Shown: in pieces, positions 9,983 through 18,898 of the stretch
Layout of the letters: every line of letters starts with the position of its first letter
Numbering within the stretch: position 1 is the first letter of the stretch
Source: Paramicrosporidium saccamoebae KSL3
Lineage: Eukaryota > Fungi > Cryptomycota
Assembly: GCA_002794465.1 (NCBI GenBank)
Contig: MTSL01000150.1
Span: 89,448 to 121,447 of the forward strand
DNA length: 32,000 nucleotides
Reading direction: 5' to 3'
Position numbers and translations under genes: made by a program
The notes under the pieces: model-generated
The model's database searches: none
The model's input: the letters and a program-made list of their open reading frames with translations, nothing else
Told to the model about the DNA's origin: nothing

Positions 9983-11704
9983 CTAAGCGAATAGGAACAA
10001 AGCCATAATCAAGGCACCGGCGATCGCCGAAAACCCACACGGCCTCGAAGTGGCGGCATTAATATCACGGACACTATCGCTTTCAAGGGTCTTTGAGGTG
10101 CTACTTTCAGAAGTCTTTGAGGTGCTACTTTCAGAAATCTTTGAGGTGCTACCTTCAAGGATATTTGAAGTGTCACTTTCAGGAATCTTTGAAGTACCAC
10201 CTTCAAGGATCTTTGAAGTGCTATTTTCAAAGACAACCAGCTGTCCATTGACGTAGACATTACCGCCCGCGCGGAGAGCCTGGCTGGCAATGCTCTCAAT
10301 CATGCGGTCATTCTGGGCAACGCAGTCATCAGATTGATCGGCAATCTCACAGAAGATTATGGTGGTGCAAACAGCGGCCTGGCTGGTGGTTTGGGTTACA
10401 TAACTTGTGCATGGAGTGCAAATGCCCTCCTTATCGACAGGTGCTAAACCGTTAGCAGGTGCGACGCTAATTCCCGGGGTAGTTTGAGATTCTGGTGCGA
10501 TAATAGCCCCAGGTGCAACACCAGATCCTGGTGTGATAGCAGATCCCGGTTCGATACCAGCTCCAGGTGCAAAGCCAGCTTCGGGCGCAACACCAGGTCC
10601 AGGTGCGACATCTGATCCAGGTACAACACCGGATCCCGATGCAACTTCAGATCCTGGTGCGACTTCATATCCAGGATAAGCCATAACGACCTCAGTACAA
10701 GGAGCATCAAATCTAGGAGCCACGCATGGAATAGGAGAAACATAGGCTGTTGCGGTGATGTGACAAGAAGTGGCAGTGTGACAGGGCCAAATGTAAATCC
10801 AACAAGGGGTCTCATTGACAGTAGTACAGATCGTCTGTGTTTCACACCAATAGTGATGGTCACGACGATGATGTTCACAGCAATCCGTCGGGCAGTGAGG
10901 ATGTCTTGTATGCCTAGTTGTAGGGCAGATGGTGGTAGTGAAAGTCGTTCTAGACGTCACTGTCGTGGTGGTCGGCGTGGGAGTAGTAGTCGGCGTTGTT
11001 GTTGGGGCAGTAGTTTCGGTAGTTGGAGTAGTAGTCTCTGTAGTCGGAGTAGTAGTCTCTGTGGTTGGAGTAGTAGTTTCGGTAGTTGGAGTGGTAGTTT
11101 CAGTAGTCGGAGTAGTAGTTTCTGTGGTTGGAGTGGTAGTTTCTGTAGTCGGTGTGGTAGTTTCTGTGGTTGGAGTAGTAGTTTCGGTAGTTGGAGTGGT
11201 AGTCTCTGTGGTTGGAGTAGTAGTTTCAGTAGTCGGTGTGGTAGTTTCAGTAGTCGGAGTGGTAGTTTCAGTAGTCGGAGTAGTAGTTTCTGTGGTTGGA
11301 GTAGTAGTTTCTGTGGTCGGAGTGGTAGTTTCGGTAGTTGGGGTAGTAGTTTCTGTAGTCGGAGTAGTAGTTTCTGTAGTCGGAGTAGTAGTTTCTGTAG
11401 TTGGAGTGGTGGTTTCTGTGGTCGGAGTGGTAGTTTCTGTGGTCGGAGTCGTAGTTCTAGTGGGAGTAGTAGTTCTTGTAGTGGTTTCGGTGGTAACCCT
11501 AATTGGAGTGGTGGTCATTCTAGTTGTAGTAGTAGCGCCTAGCGTAGTAGTATCAGTGGTAGTCGCAGTGGTGGGGAGCGTTGTATCAAAGAAGAACCCG
11601 TTATCACTCGCTTCACTCGTGCTGATTACTGTCGTGCTGGGCGGCGGAGGGACTGACGCGGCAACTAGGCCAAGCAAACCAAGAGCAGCCGTTTTGAGCA
11701 GCAT
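9983..11704 (-). CDS. Secreted, probably GPI-anchored mucin-like Thr/Cys-rich surface protein, paralog 1 (573 aa)
   Basis: Signal peptide MLLKTAALGLLGLVAA; 21x TTTPTTE; two Cys-rich modules shared with the next two genes; C-terminal NAA + spacer + hydrophobic tail (SAIAGALIMALFLFA). Confidence 0.9.
   Translation of the reverse strand: MLLKTAALGLLGLVAASVPPPPSTTVISTSEASDNGFFFDTTLPTTATTTDTTTLGATTTTRMTTTPIRVTTETTTRTTTPTRTTTPTTETTTPTTETTTPTTETTTPTTETTTPTTETTTPTTETTTPTTETTTPTTETTTPTTETTTPTTETTTPTTETTTPTTETTTPTTETTTPTTETTTPTTETTTPTTETTTPTTETTTPTTETTTPTTETTTPTTETTTPTTETTAPTTTPTTTPTPTTTTVTSRTTFTTTICPTTRHTRHPHCPTDCCEHHRRDHHYWCETQTICTTVNETPCWIYIWPCHTATSCHITATAYVSPIPCVAPRFDAPCTEVVMAYPGYEVAPGSEVASGSGVVPGSDVAPGPGVAPEAGFAPGAGIEPGSAITPGSGVAPGAIIAPESQTTPGISVAPANGLAPVDKEGICTPCTSYVTQTTSQAAVCTTIIFCEIADQSDDCVAQNDRMIESIASQALRAGGNVYVNGQLVVFENSTSKILEGGTSKIPESDTSNILEGSTSKISESSTSKTSESSTSKTLESDSVRDINAATSRPCGFSAIAGALIMALFLFA
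10085..10228 (-). repeat. 24-bp coding tandem repeat, 6 x ExxTS(K/N)xx
   Basis: ENSTSKIL/EGGTSKIP/ESDTSNIL/EGSTSKIS/ESSTSKTS/ESSTSKTL. Confidence 0.9.
10439..10675 (-). repeat. Degenerate 18-bp coding repeat, ~13 x VAPGxG-like hexapeptide
   Basis: PGYEVAPGSEVASGSGVVPGSDVAPGPGVAPEAGFAPGAGIEPGSAITPGSGVAPGAIIAP... Confidence 0.85.
11015..11455 (-). repeat. 21-bp coding minisatellite, 21 x TTTPTTE
   Basis: Pro codons recur every 21 bp from 11024 to 11446; units differ only at synonymous positions. Confidence 0.95.
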
Positions 11705-12236
11705 CTTTAATATGGCTGAACACTGGCCTCTCCGCCTTAAAGATCAGTATTGGGTACTTCATCCCTGATGCCTCAAGAAACGCCGATTGTATTGGACCCC
11801 GTGTACTCCTCCTGCGCATAAGAATATGATTGGCCCTAGTATTCTGTAAATAATCAATTTGAAGATTGAAGTTAGTAATAAGGTCCTTTATTAGGCTCCT
11901 TGGTCCGTCCTTATACTGTTGCGTGACGGGAGTACTACCACAGTGTCAATATAAATGGGCAAGAGAGAGCTGTTTAGTATCGGCTGGTATGAATGTAATG
12001 GCATAGTGTCCAGGCGTTGGGGAGGCAACCTTTCCCTCCCTCGACTCTGGGTCTCCTTTCCATATTTGGACAACTACCTTACAATACTATCTCACGGATA
12101 CCCAATACTTGATGTAGCACACAATTACACCAAGCTTCCTAAAACTAGAAGAGAGATATTTTTATTCAGATTCTAACATTTCTATGTTTCAATCGTAGAG
12201 AGAGGGAATTCGCAATGCAATTCTTCGTCCAGGCAT

Positions 12237-12923
12237 CTAGAAGAAGAGGAGACAGCCCATAATGGCAGCAATTGCAATCGGGACGCCTTGATTCGTCGCC
12301 GCAGCATCGTTGGCATCCTGTCCAGAGACACTTCCGGTACTGGCAGTACTGCTACTGCTACCGCTGGCAAAGACGACCATCTGTCCATTAACATAGACGT
12401 TACCGCCTGAGCGGAGGGCCTCTGAGGCGATTTCCTCAATCAAACGGTTGTTTTGGGCAACACAATTCTCAGACTGGTCTACAATGTCGCAAAAGATCAT
12501 TGTGGTGCAGACGGCTGGAGGATTGACAGTCTGGGTAACGTAGCTGGTGCATGGCACACAGGCGGGGGCAACAGCAGAGGTAGGTGCGACATAGGCGGTA
12601 GAGGTGATAAAGCTGGTGGTGGCGGTGGGGCACGGCCAGACGTAGAGCCAGCATGGCGTGTTGTTGATCGTGGTACAGATAGTCTTGGTATGGTAGTGAT
12701 GGTGGTGATGCTCAGTGCATTTGCTGGGACAGTAACTAGTCGAGGAGGGACATACGGTAGTTGTCAAAGTCGTCGGAGTGTCCACTGTGGTAGTCACTGT
12801 TGTGGGGGTGGTAGTGGGGGTTGTAGTATCGGTGGTGGTAGTGTCAGTTGTGGTGGTGGTGGTGGTGTTAGTGGTCGTTTGAGCCGCTACAAGGGCAACC
12901 AGGAAAAGACTTTTTAACAACAT
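12237..12923 (-). CDS. Secreted, probably GPI-anchored Thr/Cys-rich surface protein, paralog 2 (228 aa)
   Basis: Signal MLLKSLFLVALVAA; Thr tract; CTEHHHHHYHTKTICTTINNTPCWLYVWPCP; CVPCTSYVTQT..AVCTTMIFCDIVDQSENC..ALRSGGNVYVNGQ; hydrophobic C-terminus. Confidence 0.9.
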   Translation of the reverse strand: MLLKSLFLVALVAAQTTTNTTTTTTTDTTTTDTTTPTTTPTTVTTTVDTPTTLTTTVCPSSTSYCPSKCTEHHHHHYHTKTICTTINNTPCWLYVWPCPTATTSFITSTAYVAPTSAVAPACVPCTSYVTQTVNPPAVCTTMIFCDIVDQSENCVAQNNRLIEEIASEALRSGGNVYVNGQMVVFASGSSSSTASTGSVSGQDANDAAATNQGVPIAIAAIMGCLLFF

Positions 12924-12956
12924 GTCAGAGGTGTGGTGTCACATGCGTGTCCACGC

Positions 12957-12963
12957 TTATATA
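12957..12963 (-). promoter_or_regulatory. Candidate TATA box of surface-protein paralog 2
   Basis: TATATAA on the minus strand about 34-40 bp upstream of the ATG; paralog 3 has a TATA element at the same spacing. Confidence 0.5.
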
Positions 12964-13153
12964 TTATCTCCTTCCCCGAGTCTCCTTTCCCCTGATACAA
13001 TATCATGCTAAAAATAGACGCTACAATGGGGATTATGGGAGCCAATCAGAACACGCATGACAATAAATTTCGAGAGAGATTTAAACTTTATTTCTAAGGG
13101 CTCGAACATTGAGAGAGGGTTAAGTTAGGGTATCCAGAGATCAGTCGACTCGC

Positions 13154-13909
13154 TTAAAGCAAGAAGAGCATACCAACAAGGGCAGCGGCGGAACCAGCAA
13201 GCACATTCATGAGACTTCCTGGGGCAGCGTTGGCATCCAAGCCAGTGATGGTGGCTACAGTGCTTCCACTGATCACAGAGGTGGAGGCAGAGACAGAGGT
13301 GGAGGCGGATGCGGAGACTTCAAAGACAACACGTTGTCCATTGATAAAGACATTTCCACCGGAACGGAGGGCACGGCTGGCAATGCTTTCAATAAGACGG
13401 TTGTTGTGGGCAATGCAGTTGTCAGTCTGGTCAGCAACATCACAGAAGATCATGGTGGTGCAGACAGCAGGCGGGTTGACAGTCTGGGTAACGTAGCTGG
13501 TGCATGGCACACAGACGGGGGCAGCAGCAGCAGCGGGGGCAACAGCAGAGGTAGGTGCTACCTGAGCAGAGGCGGGGGCGACATAGGCAGTCGAGGTGAC
13601 AAAGACGGTGGTGTTTGTGGGGCATGGGCACACATACAACCAGCACGGGGTCTTGTCGATCGTGGTGCAGATTGTCTTGGTCTCACAGCACTCCTTCTTG
13701 GTGTGGCAGTGGCTGCTTTGATGACAACGGCTGGTATCACGGCAACGGCTGGTCTCGCACTCTGAGCTCCAGCGGCATTGGCTCGAGGTTGGAGAACAGA
13801 ACGTGGTGGTATAGGTCGTGGGAGTCGGTATGGTCACCGTCACAGTGGAGACTGAAGCGGCGCTGAGGCCGAGAAAAGCAGCAACGGACAGGAGATTTTT
13901 GAAGATCAT
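13154..13909 (-). CDS. Secreted, probably GPI-anchored Thr/Cys-rich surface protein, paralog 3 (251 aa)
   Basis: Signal MIFKNLLSVAAFLGLSAA; the same two Cys-rich modules plus an extra Cys-rich stretch; C-terminal NAA + hydrophobic tail. Confidence 0.9.
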   Translation of the reverse strand: MIFKNLLSVAAFLGLSAASVSTVTVTIPTPTTYTTTFCSPTSSQCRWSSECETSRCRDTSRCHQSSHCHTKKECCETKTICTTIDKTPCWLYVCPCPTNTTVFVTSTAYVAPASAQVAPTSAVAPAAAAAPVCVPCTSYVTQTVNPPAVCTTMIFCDVADQTDNCIAHNNRLIESIASRALRSGGNVFINGQRVVFEVSASASTSVSASTSVISGSTVATITGLDANAAPGSLMNVLAGSAAALVGMLFLL

Positions 13910-13943
13910 CTTGTGTCTTTATTCCACCTCGACCAAAGGCCTC

Positions 13944-13950
13944 TTTTATA
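13944..13950 (-). promoter_or_regulatory. Candidate TATA box of surface-protein paralog 3
   Basis: TATAAAA on the minus strand 35-41 bp upstream of ATG 13909. Confidence 0.55.
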
Positions 13951-14297
13951 GATGGGCGGCTCCGGGTCGCCCCTCCTCTCCGGTTTTGTTGTTATTTTAG
14001 GTATGATCAGCTACAGGGACAGGGGTTATCGGCCATAATTCGTGTTTACATGATCCGTTACTATTCTCGGCCTGACCTATCACGGAGTGCCACAGGCTAT
14101 TTTTGGTATCAGACCGTTAGTCCGCCTGATGGTAAGATTGTTAGCCAAGCGCTTTTAATCCGCTCCATTTTGGATAGGTGCGAGTAGTTTAGAGTGTAAA
14201 GCTGTAAATGGGATCTTTTAGATTGCCACATGTCAGTCTAGAGTTCTGTAAATATGCTATAATGATGTTCAGATGTGGAGATGCCGAGTTACTATGC

Positions 14298-14380
14298 CAC
14301 TAATACACTTTTCCACTGATATACTCTTTCACTAATACACTCATTCACTAATACACTCTTTCACTAATATATTCTTTCAC
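14298..14380. repeat. 16-bp intergenic minisatellite, ~5.2 x CACTAATACACTCTTT
   Basis: Units start at 14298, 14314, 14330, 14346 and 14362, each with 0-2 substitutions; the array ends 11 bp from the SPB4 stop codon. Confidence 0.92.
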
Positions 14381-14391
14381 AGATAAAAGCT

Positions 14392-16095
14392 TTATTCTAG
14401 CAATTTGTTCTGTTTCTTCAGCCGCTTGTATTCACGCCAATCCTCATCCAGCTCTTCCATGTTGATTTTATTGGTCGCCGTCCGATTACCTTCAATGACT
14501 CGTTTCTCGGCCCTCTCAAAGTAATCACCCGTCTTTTCTTTCTTTGCCGGCCGCTCACCAGTGGACTTTCGCAATTTGAGGGCTTCAAATGAAATCTGAC
14601 GCTGCTGGTTTCGCAGCGGGTCTTTGAATTTGATGTCGGCCGTGTTGATCTTGCTCTCCTCAAAGTCTGTCACATTGATCCCTTTGAGCTCTTTCATTTT
14701 TGGCAGGCGCAAAAGTCCAAATGACTTGGCAACACTGGCAATGTTGAGGTCCTTTACTCTAAAAATGAACTTTGTTTGATGTTCCTGGTAGAATCGCACA
14801 AATGCAACAAATGCCTTGACGCTCTAGAATATCAATTGACCAATAATATGGGGGCCTACTCTTTCTAGCAAATCACGATCTGTAATGTTCAGCTCTCGTA
14901 GCGCCTCGAATAATGAATTAGTAGTCGGGGTCTTTTCCGCTTCTACAAGAGGGACCTTTCGATTGGATAGAAACTCAATGTATGCATCTTCACTTTCACT
15001 TAATAGTAGGAGCGCTTCCCCGTCTCTCCCGCTCCTCGCCGTGCGGCCGCAGCGATGGACAAAGGTCGTGGGGTCCTGAGGAGCTTCATACTGCAATACC
15101 AATTCTACATCGGCGAAATCCAGTCCACGAGCCGCCAGATCTGTACAAATAAGGACTGCGCGCTCTGAGGTAATGTAGTCTTGATAAATCCTTTGCCGTT
15201 TCTTGTGATCCATTTTGCCATGGAGGGCACATATCTTGGGAACGTCTTGCAGCAGTTTTGCAGGGAGAAGTGGAAGGACCCTGCCGAAATACTCTACGGC
15301 CGCACATGTTCCAAAATATACTATGCTTTTCTTGGCAGGATGTGCACGGAGATGCTCTAGGATAAAGAAAAGTCGGTGCTCATATTCACAAATGACATAT
15401 GATGATTTTAGCGACTCGGGTGTCTTTTGCTCCTCCTTTGTCGTTAAATTCTCTACCTTGACAGTCACTTTTACAGGATTCCTCAGTCCGGTCCTGATGA
15501 GTTGAGAGAGCGCATCGGACATTGTTGCAGAGAACAGTCCAGTCCTACGTTGCTTTGGAAGGCGTTCCAAGATGGAGTTGATAGTCTTTTCAAAGCCGAG
15601 GTTAAGGAGACGATCCGCCTCGTCAAGGACCAAGACTTCCAGAGACCTCACATCAATCATGGAGCTGTTCCTCTCCAACACGTCCAGCAGTCTTCCAGGA
15701 GTGGCAACAATAATGTTGCATCCTCCTTGCTGAAGATTTTTGAGATCATGCGCAACATCTGTCCCGCCGATAAGCGTCGCCTGTCGCAGGTCAGTTCTCT
15801 CTTTCAACAGCTCATTTAGTACGTTGCGCGTCTGCAAGGCTAGTTCTCTGGTTGGAGAGATGATAATAGCACCCACCTGGTGCTGCGGAATGGGCCGGGC
15901 GAGTATCTCCACGATGGGAATCAGAAAGGCGAGCGTCTTCCCAGACCCAGTGACGGCCTCCACTACGACATCTTTGTGGGATAGGAAGAGCGGGATGGAA
16001 GATGCCTGGACTGGTGTGGGCTTGTTAAAACCAAGTCTCTTTATGGTTGCATACGTGGTGTCACAAAGTTTCGTCTTTTCAAGCTCCCAGGTCAT
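14392..16095 (-). CDS. SPB4: DEAD-box RNA helicase Spb4 (DDX55), ~555 aa, 1 intron
   Basis: PTPVQ, AVTGSGKT, SPTRELA, TPGRL, LVLDEADRLL, FSAT and HRCGRTARSG. Intron 14824-14859 (36 nt) joins LLER to SVKAFVAFVRFY, followed by the C-terminal VAKSFGLLRLPKMKEL typical of Spb4. Confidence 0.93.
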
Positions 16096-16200
16096 TTCCC
16101 AGTTGCTGGGGTATCATCACCTGGGAAGGATTATCTACTAAATGCAGTATATATATCAAAGACAGTATTCTACATGATTTGATACAACTGCTAGTTCTAT

Positions 16201-16427
16201 TACCACGTAGTAGGAATTATACGACGGACCTTGCCAGGTGGGAAGAGACGAGACGAGATGAGACAAAACAAGACAAGACAAGACAAGACAAGACAAGACA
16301 AGACAAGACAAGACAAGACAAGACGAGACGAGATGAAACGAAAACTTGTTCACTGCTAATCCTAGAACAGTATGGATACACATCTCACTGTCCTTAAATA
16401 CTCAGCTAATCAACCCTCTAAATCACA
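16201..16427 (+). mobile_element. Solo-LTR-like element, copy B (227 bp, degenerate, contains a microsatellite)
   Basis: Starts TACCACGTAGTAGG (degenerate TGCCGCGTAG), contains CTGCTAATCCTAGAACAGTATGGATACACATCTCACTG and ends CTCTAAATCACA. TSD unclear (CTAT/CTGC). Confidence 0.65.
16246..16345. repeat. Pentanucleotide microsatellite (AGACA)n with AGACG/AGATG variants
   Basis: About 20 pentamers, with 10 perfect AGACA at 16271-16320. Confidence 0.97.
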
Positions 16428-16584
16428 CTGCTAGTCAGCTCCGAGACTCTTTGACGTGAACTGAGGCAAGCAACGGGGTTTCAAACCTACCAGGCTTCTT
16501 GGCATGATCCTATACACCAAACAGCACCATTGGTTGTCTCGGAGATGACATCCCATTTTCTCATAATATGATACAAAAGATGCT

Positions 16585-17193
16585 TTATTGGCCGCCTTCG
16601 GGACGGTTCGGCATGAATTTTTTCTGCTTTGATGCCTTCCTCTTTCTCTTCTTTTCGATAAACTTTTCAATATTTGCATCCTCCCCCAGTCTCCGCTTGA
16701 CTCGCTCAAATTCTTCCGCAATCTCAAGATGCTTCATGTCACCTCGTTTCAGGTAATACGGAGTCTTTCCCTGTTCCACCAATTTTGCGTCTAATTTTCG
16801 ATGTTCCCTAACCAACTTTTGTCGTTGTTCCTTTCTCTCTTTGGTCTTGTGCATCGAGTTCATGCGCTCGATAGTCTGTTTGATGGCAAATTTGCGGTGC
16901 GGGTTTTTTTCATTTCTGAGCGACTCGTGCAGCTTTTGCTTCTCATCCTTCTGGATATCACCAATAAAACCGTACGTCTTGCTGAAGAGATCTTCGTTGA
17001 AATGGCCAAAGGCGCGGTCGAAGCGAGGATCTATGGCTTTCTAGCGCTATGAATATCAAGCAACAGTATACCTTTCTGACAACGGGAACAACTTCCCTCA
17101 GCACTGATACGGGTCGTTTTGAGGACACCTCTGTGGGACTATAATAATAAGCACAACCACAATAAAATACGCATTCTTGTGCTCTCGAACCAT
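16585..17193 (-). CDS. RRP36: rRNA biogenesis protein Rrp36, ~181 aa, 2 introns
   Basis: Exons 17193-17171, 17138-17072 and 17040-16585; introns 17139-17170 (32 nt) and 17041-17071 (31 nt). HKNAPTEVSSKRPVS, DPRFD..GHFNEDLFSKTYGFI, GKTPYYLK and IEKKRKR. An alternative in-frame ATG lies at 17244. Confidence 0.88.
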
Positions 17194-17290
17194 TTGGAGG
17201 TGCAGTGCGACCCCGGCCGAGTTGACAAGTGGAATAGCGACCATTCACTCGTTTCCCTTTGAGAGACCTTGCAACCCCCATTTCCCCGAT

Positions 17291-18646
17291 ATGGAGAGCT
17301 CAGGGAATGAAGCCACTAACCACCACCCTACTGCAACAGCCGACGCGGACACTGCCGAAATGACGGAATCACTTGCGGTCATCCATCAGAGGTAGTACCG
17401 TCCACCCTGCCTCATCACATCGTAGTAGAGAGGAAAGACAAGTGGAGAATGTGTTGGTAGAGCAGAGCGCGCTTAGTATGGGCGAGGTGCAGTCGGTGGT
17501 GGATCTCCACGTCCCTATCATTGGTCTCCTCCTCGGCGACACTTCTGACAACGGTGTCGTGTTCATTCGTAGTCTCCATAGGATTGAACGGTATTGCCAA
17601 CATTGGCGGTGTTGATGGTATAGGGACGCAGGTAGTCTAACTATACGGAGGAGGATAGTCCCGAGTGGCGATTTGAACGAATTGAACCGACGAATCAGAG
17701 ACGAGGAAAGCGTTATCCTGGGCTACTATTACTCGTACCACCCCGTGGGAAACATCCTTAACATGATAGTGAGACCAATGCTAATGGCTACTCTGTGGAT
17801 CATGGAGCGATACTGGATATGCTCGCCAACGTGGCATGCTACAAGCCGGTGGTGCTCCGGATGCAAAGGATTCTTTGCGGGTCCGTCAAGGAGGACGTTG
17901 AGGCGGGAATACGGTTCGACTTTTATGCACATCGGAAGGGCTTAGAGTTGGCAATGGTGCCGCATCGTATTATTGAAACTGCCTTTGTCTCGCCGCTCAG
18001 CCTCTCCAGCTGCCTGCACGACCAAATGACTGACTTTGCGGAGGCTGCCGCGCAACGCAAATGTCTTTCTCGATGGGATTTGGATTATGACATGATGCTA
18101 TCGCGATTAATTAGGGCGAATGAACAGGCTGCCACCCGACTGTTGTGGAATGCAAGGAGTCGGCTGGTTATGGACAAATTCCATCTTCGTCGGATGATCA
18201 GACAGAGGATGGGAGCCGTGGAAAATCTTTGGCCATTAAAATCAGTCGACTCGGATGCCGAATTGTACGCAGACAACACTCAGAGGATAGCCACGCTCAT
18301 TCACCAAATGGTGACCAAGGAGCTGCCCTATGCAATCACTGATTCGGCCAAGAAAGCTCCTTCCTGCGCCACGCTTAACTATGAGCGACCCACAATTGCA
18401 ATGAAGACGGCCCGAGGCTCTTCCAGCAGCGGGTCGACGAAGAAGAGAAAGACGGCCGGCAAGACCGCCGCCAAGGTTCCGCCTCGACCAATCTTGCCGG
18501 CAGTGCGATCGAGGACCCCCTCGTCAGAGTCCATTAATGCGGAGCAGAGTGAGGCTGCTATTTGTGATCCACTACTTCCCCTGGCGACTGTTTGCGAGGA
18601 TCCAAATTCTACACTGGAGAACGTCTCCATTCAAACAACATTGTGA
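17291..18646 (+). CDS. Hypothetical protein with MPN-like (BRCC36/Abraxas-like, JAMM-minus) N-terminal domain, ~417 aa, 3 introns
   Basis: Introns 17392-17425, 17591-17623 and 17735-17769 give a continuous frame. VENVLVE...IIGLLLG...VVFIRSL and VILGYYYS resemble the MPN strands (xMGLxxG, VVGWYHS). Basic, low-complexity C-terminus (TKKRK). Confidence 0.6.
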
Positions 18647-18898
18647 TTTTTGTACACTTGACAGATACGAGTAAATACATTGTATATGTGAGCGAGCGAG
18701 TATCTATTAACGTATTGATATTAAATTTAAGAACCAGACAAAGCGTCTTTACTACCTACCTCTACACCATTGCCAAGTTATTGTACCGACAAAATTGCAG
18801 TGTTGGGAAATTAATATGCAACAAATTGTATTGCGCTTAGCTAGTTTACACAAAGTCGGATTATTAAACCTATCTGAATCTTGTCCAGGGAATATCTT

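Noticed and set aside
11015-11455. 21-bp repeat array as a possible CRISPR
   Set aside because: No unique spacers, eukaryotic context, and in-frame coding with only synonymous variation.
10929-11768. 279-aa Val-rich and 260-aa Ser/Gly/Cys-rich (10760-11542) plus-strand ORFs
   Set aside because: Antisense shadows of the Thr-rich repeat; the minus frame has a signal peptide, paralogs and a GPI-like tail.
11950-12135. Possible fifth, decayed element copy (TAGCACACAA shared with copy D)
   Set aside because: Only a 10-bp match; no termini, TSD or core GCTAATCCTAG motif.
9983-13909. Calling the surface trio microsporidian polar tube or spore wall proteins
   Set aside because: Composition is suggestive, but I recognise no sequence motif of PTP or SWP families; left as a hypothesis.
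16047-16397. ORFs encoding QDKTR / LVLSC repeats
   Set aside because: Translations of the (AGACA)n microsatellite.
16187-16435. ACTGCTAGT direct repeat around element copy B as a 9-bp TSD
   Set aside because: The left copy ends 5 bp before the homologous element start and is inconsistent with the 4-bp TSDs of the other copies.
17735-17769. YYYSYHP as a degenerate JAMM HxH motif
   Set aside because: YHP falls in a predicted 35-nt intron needed to reach the downstream frame.
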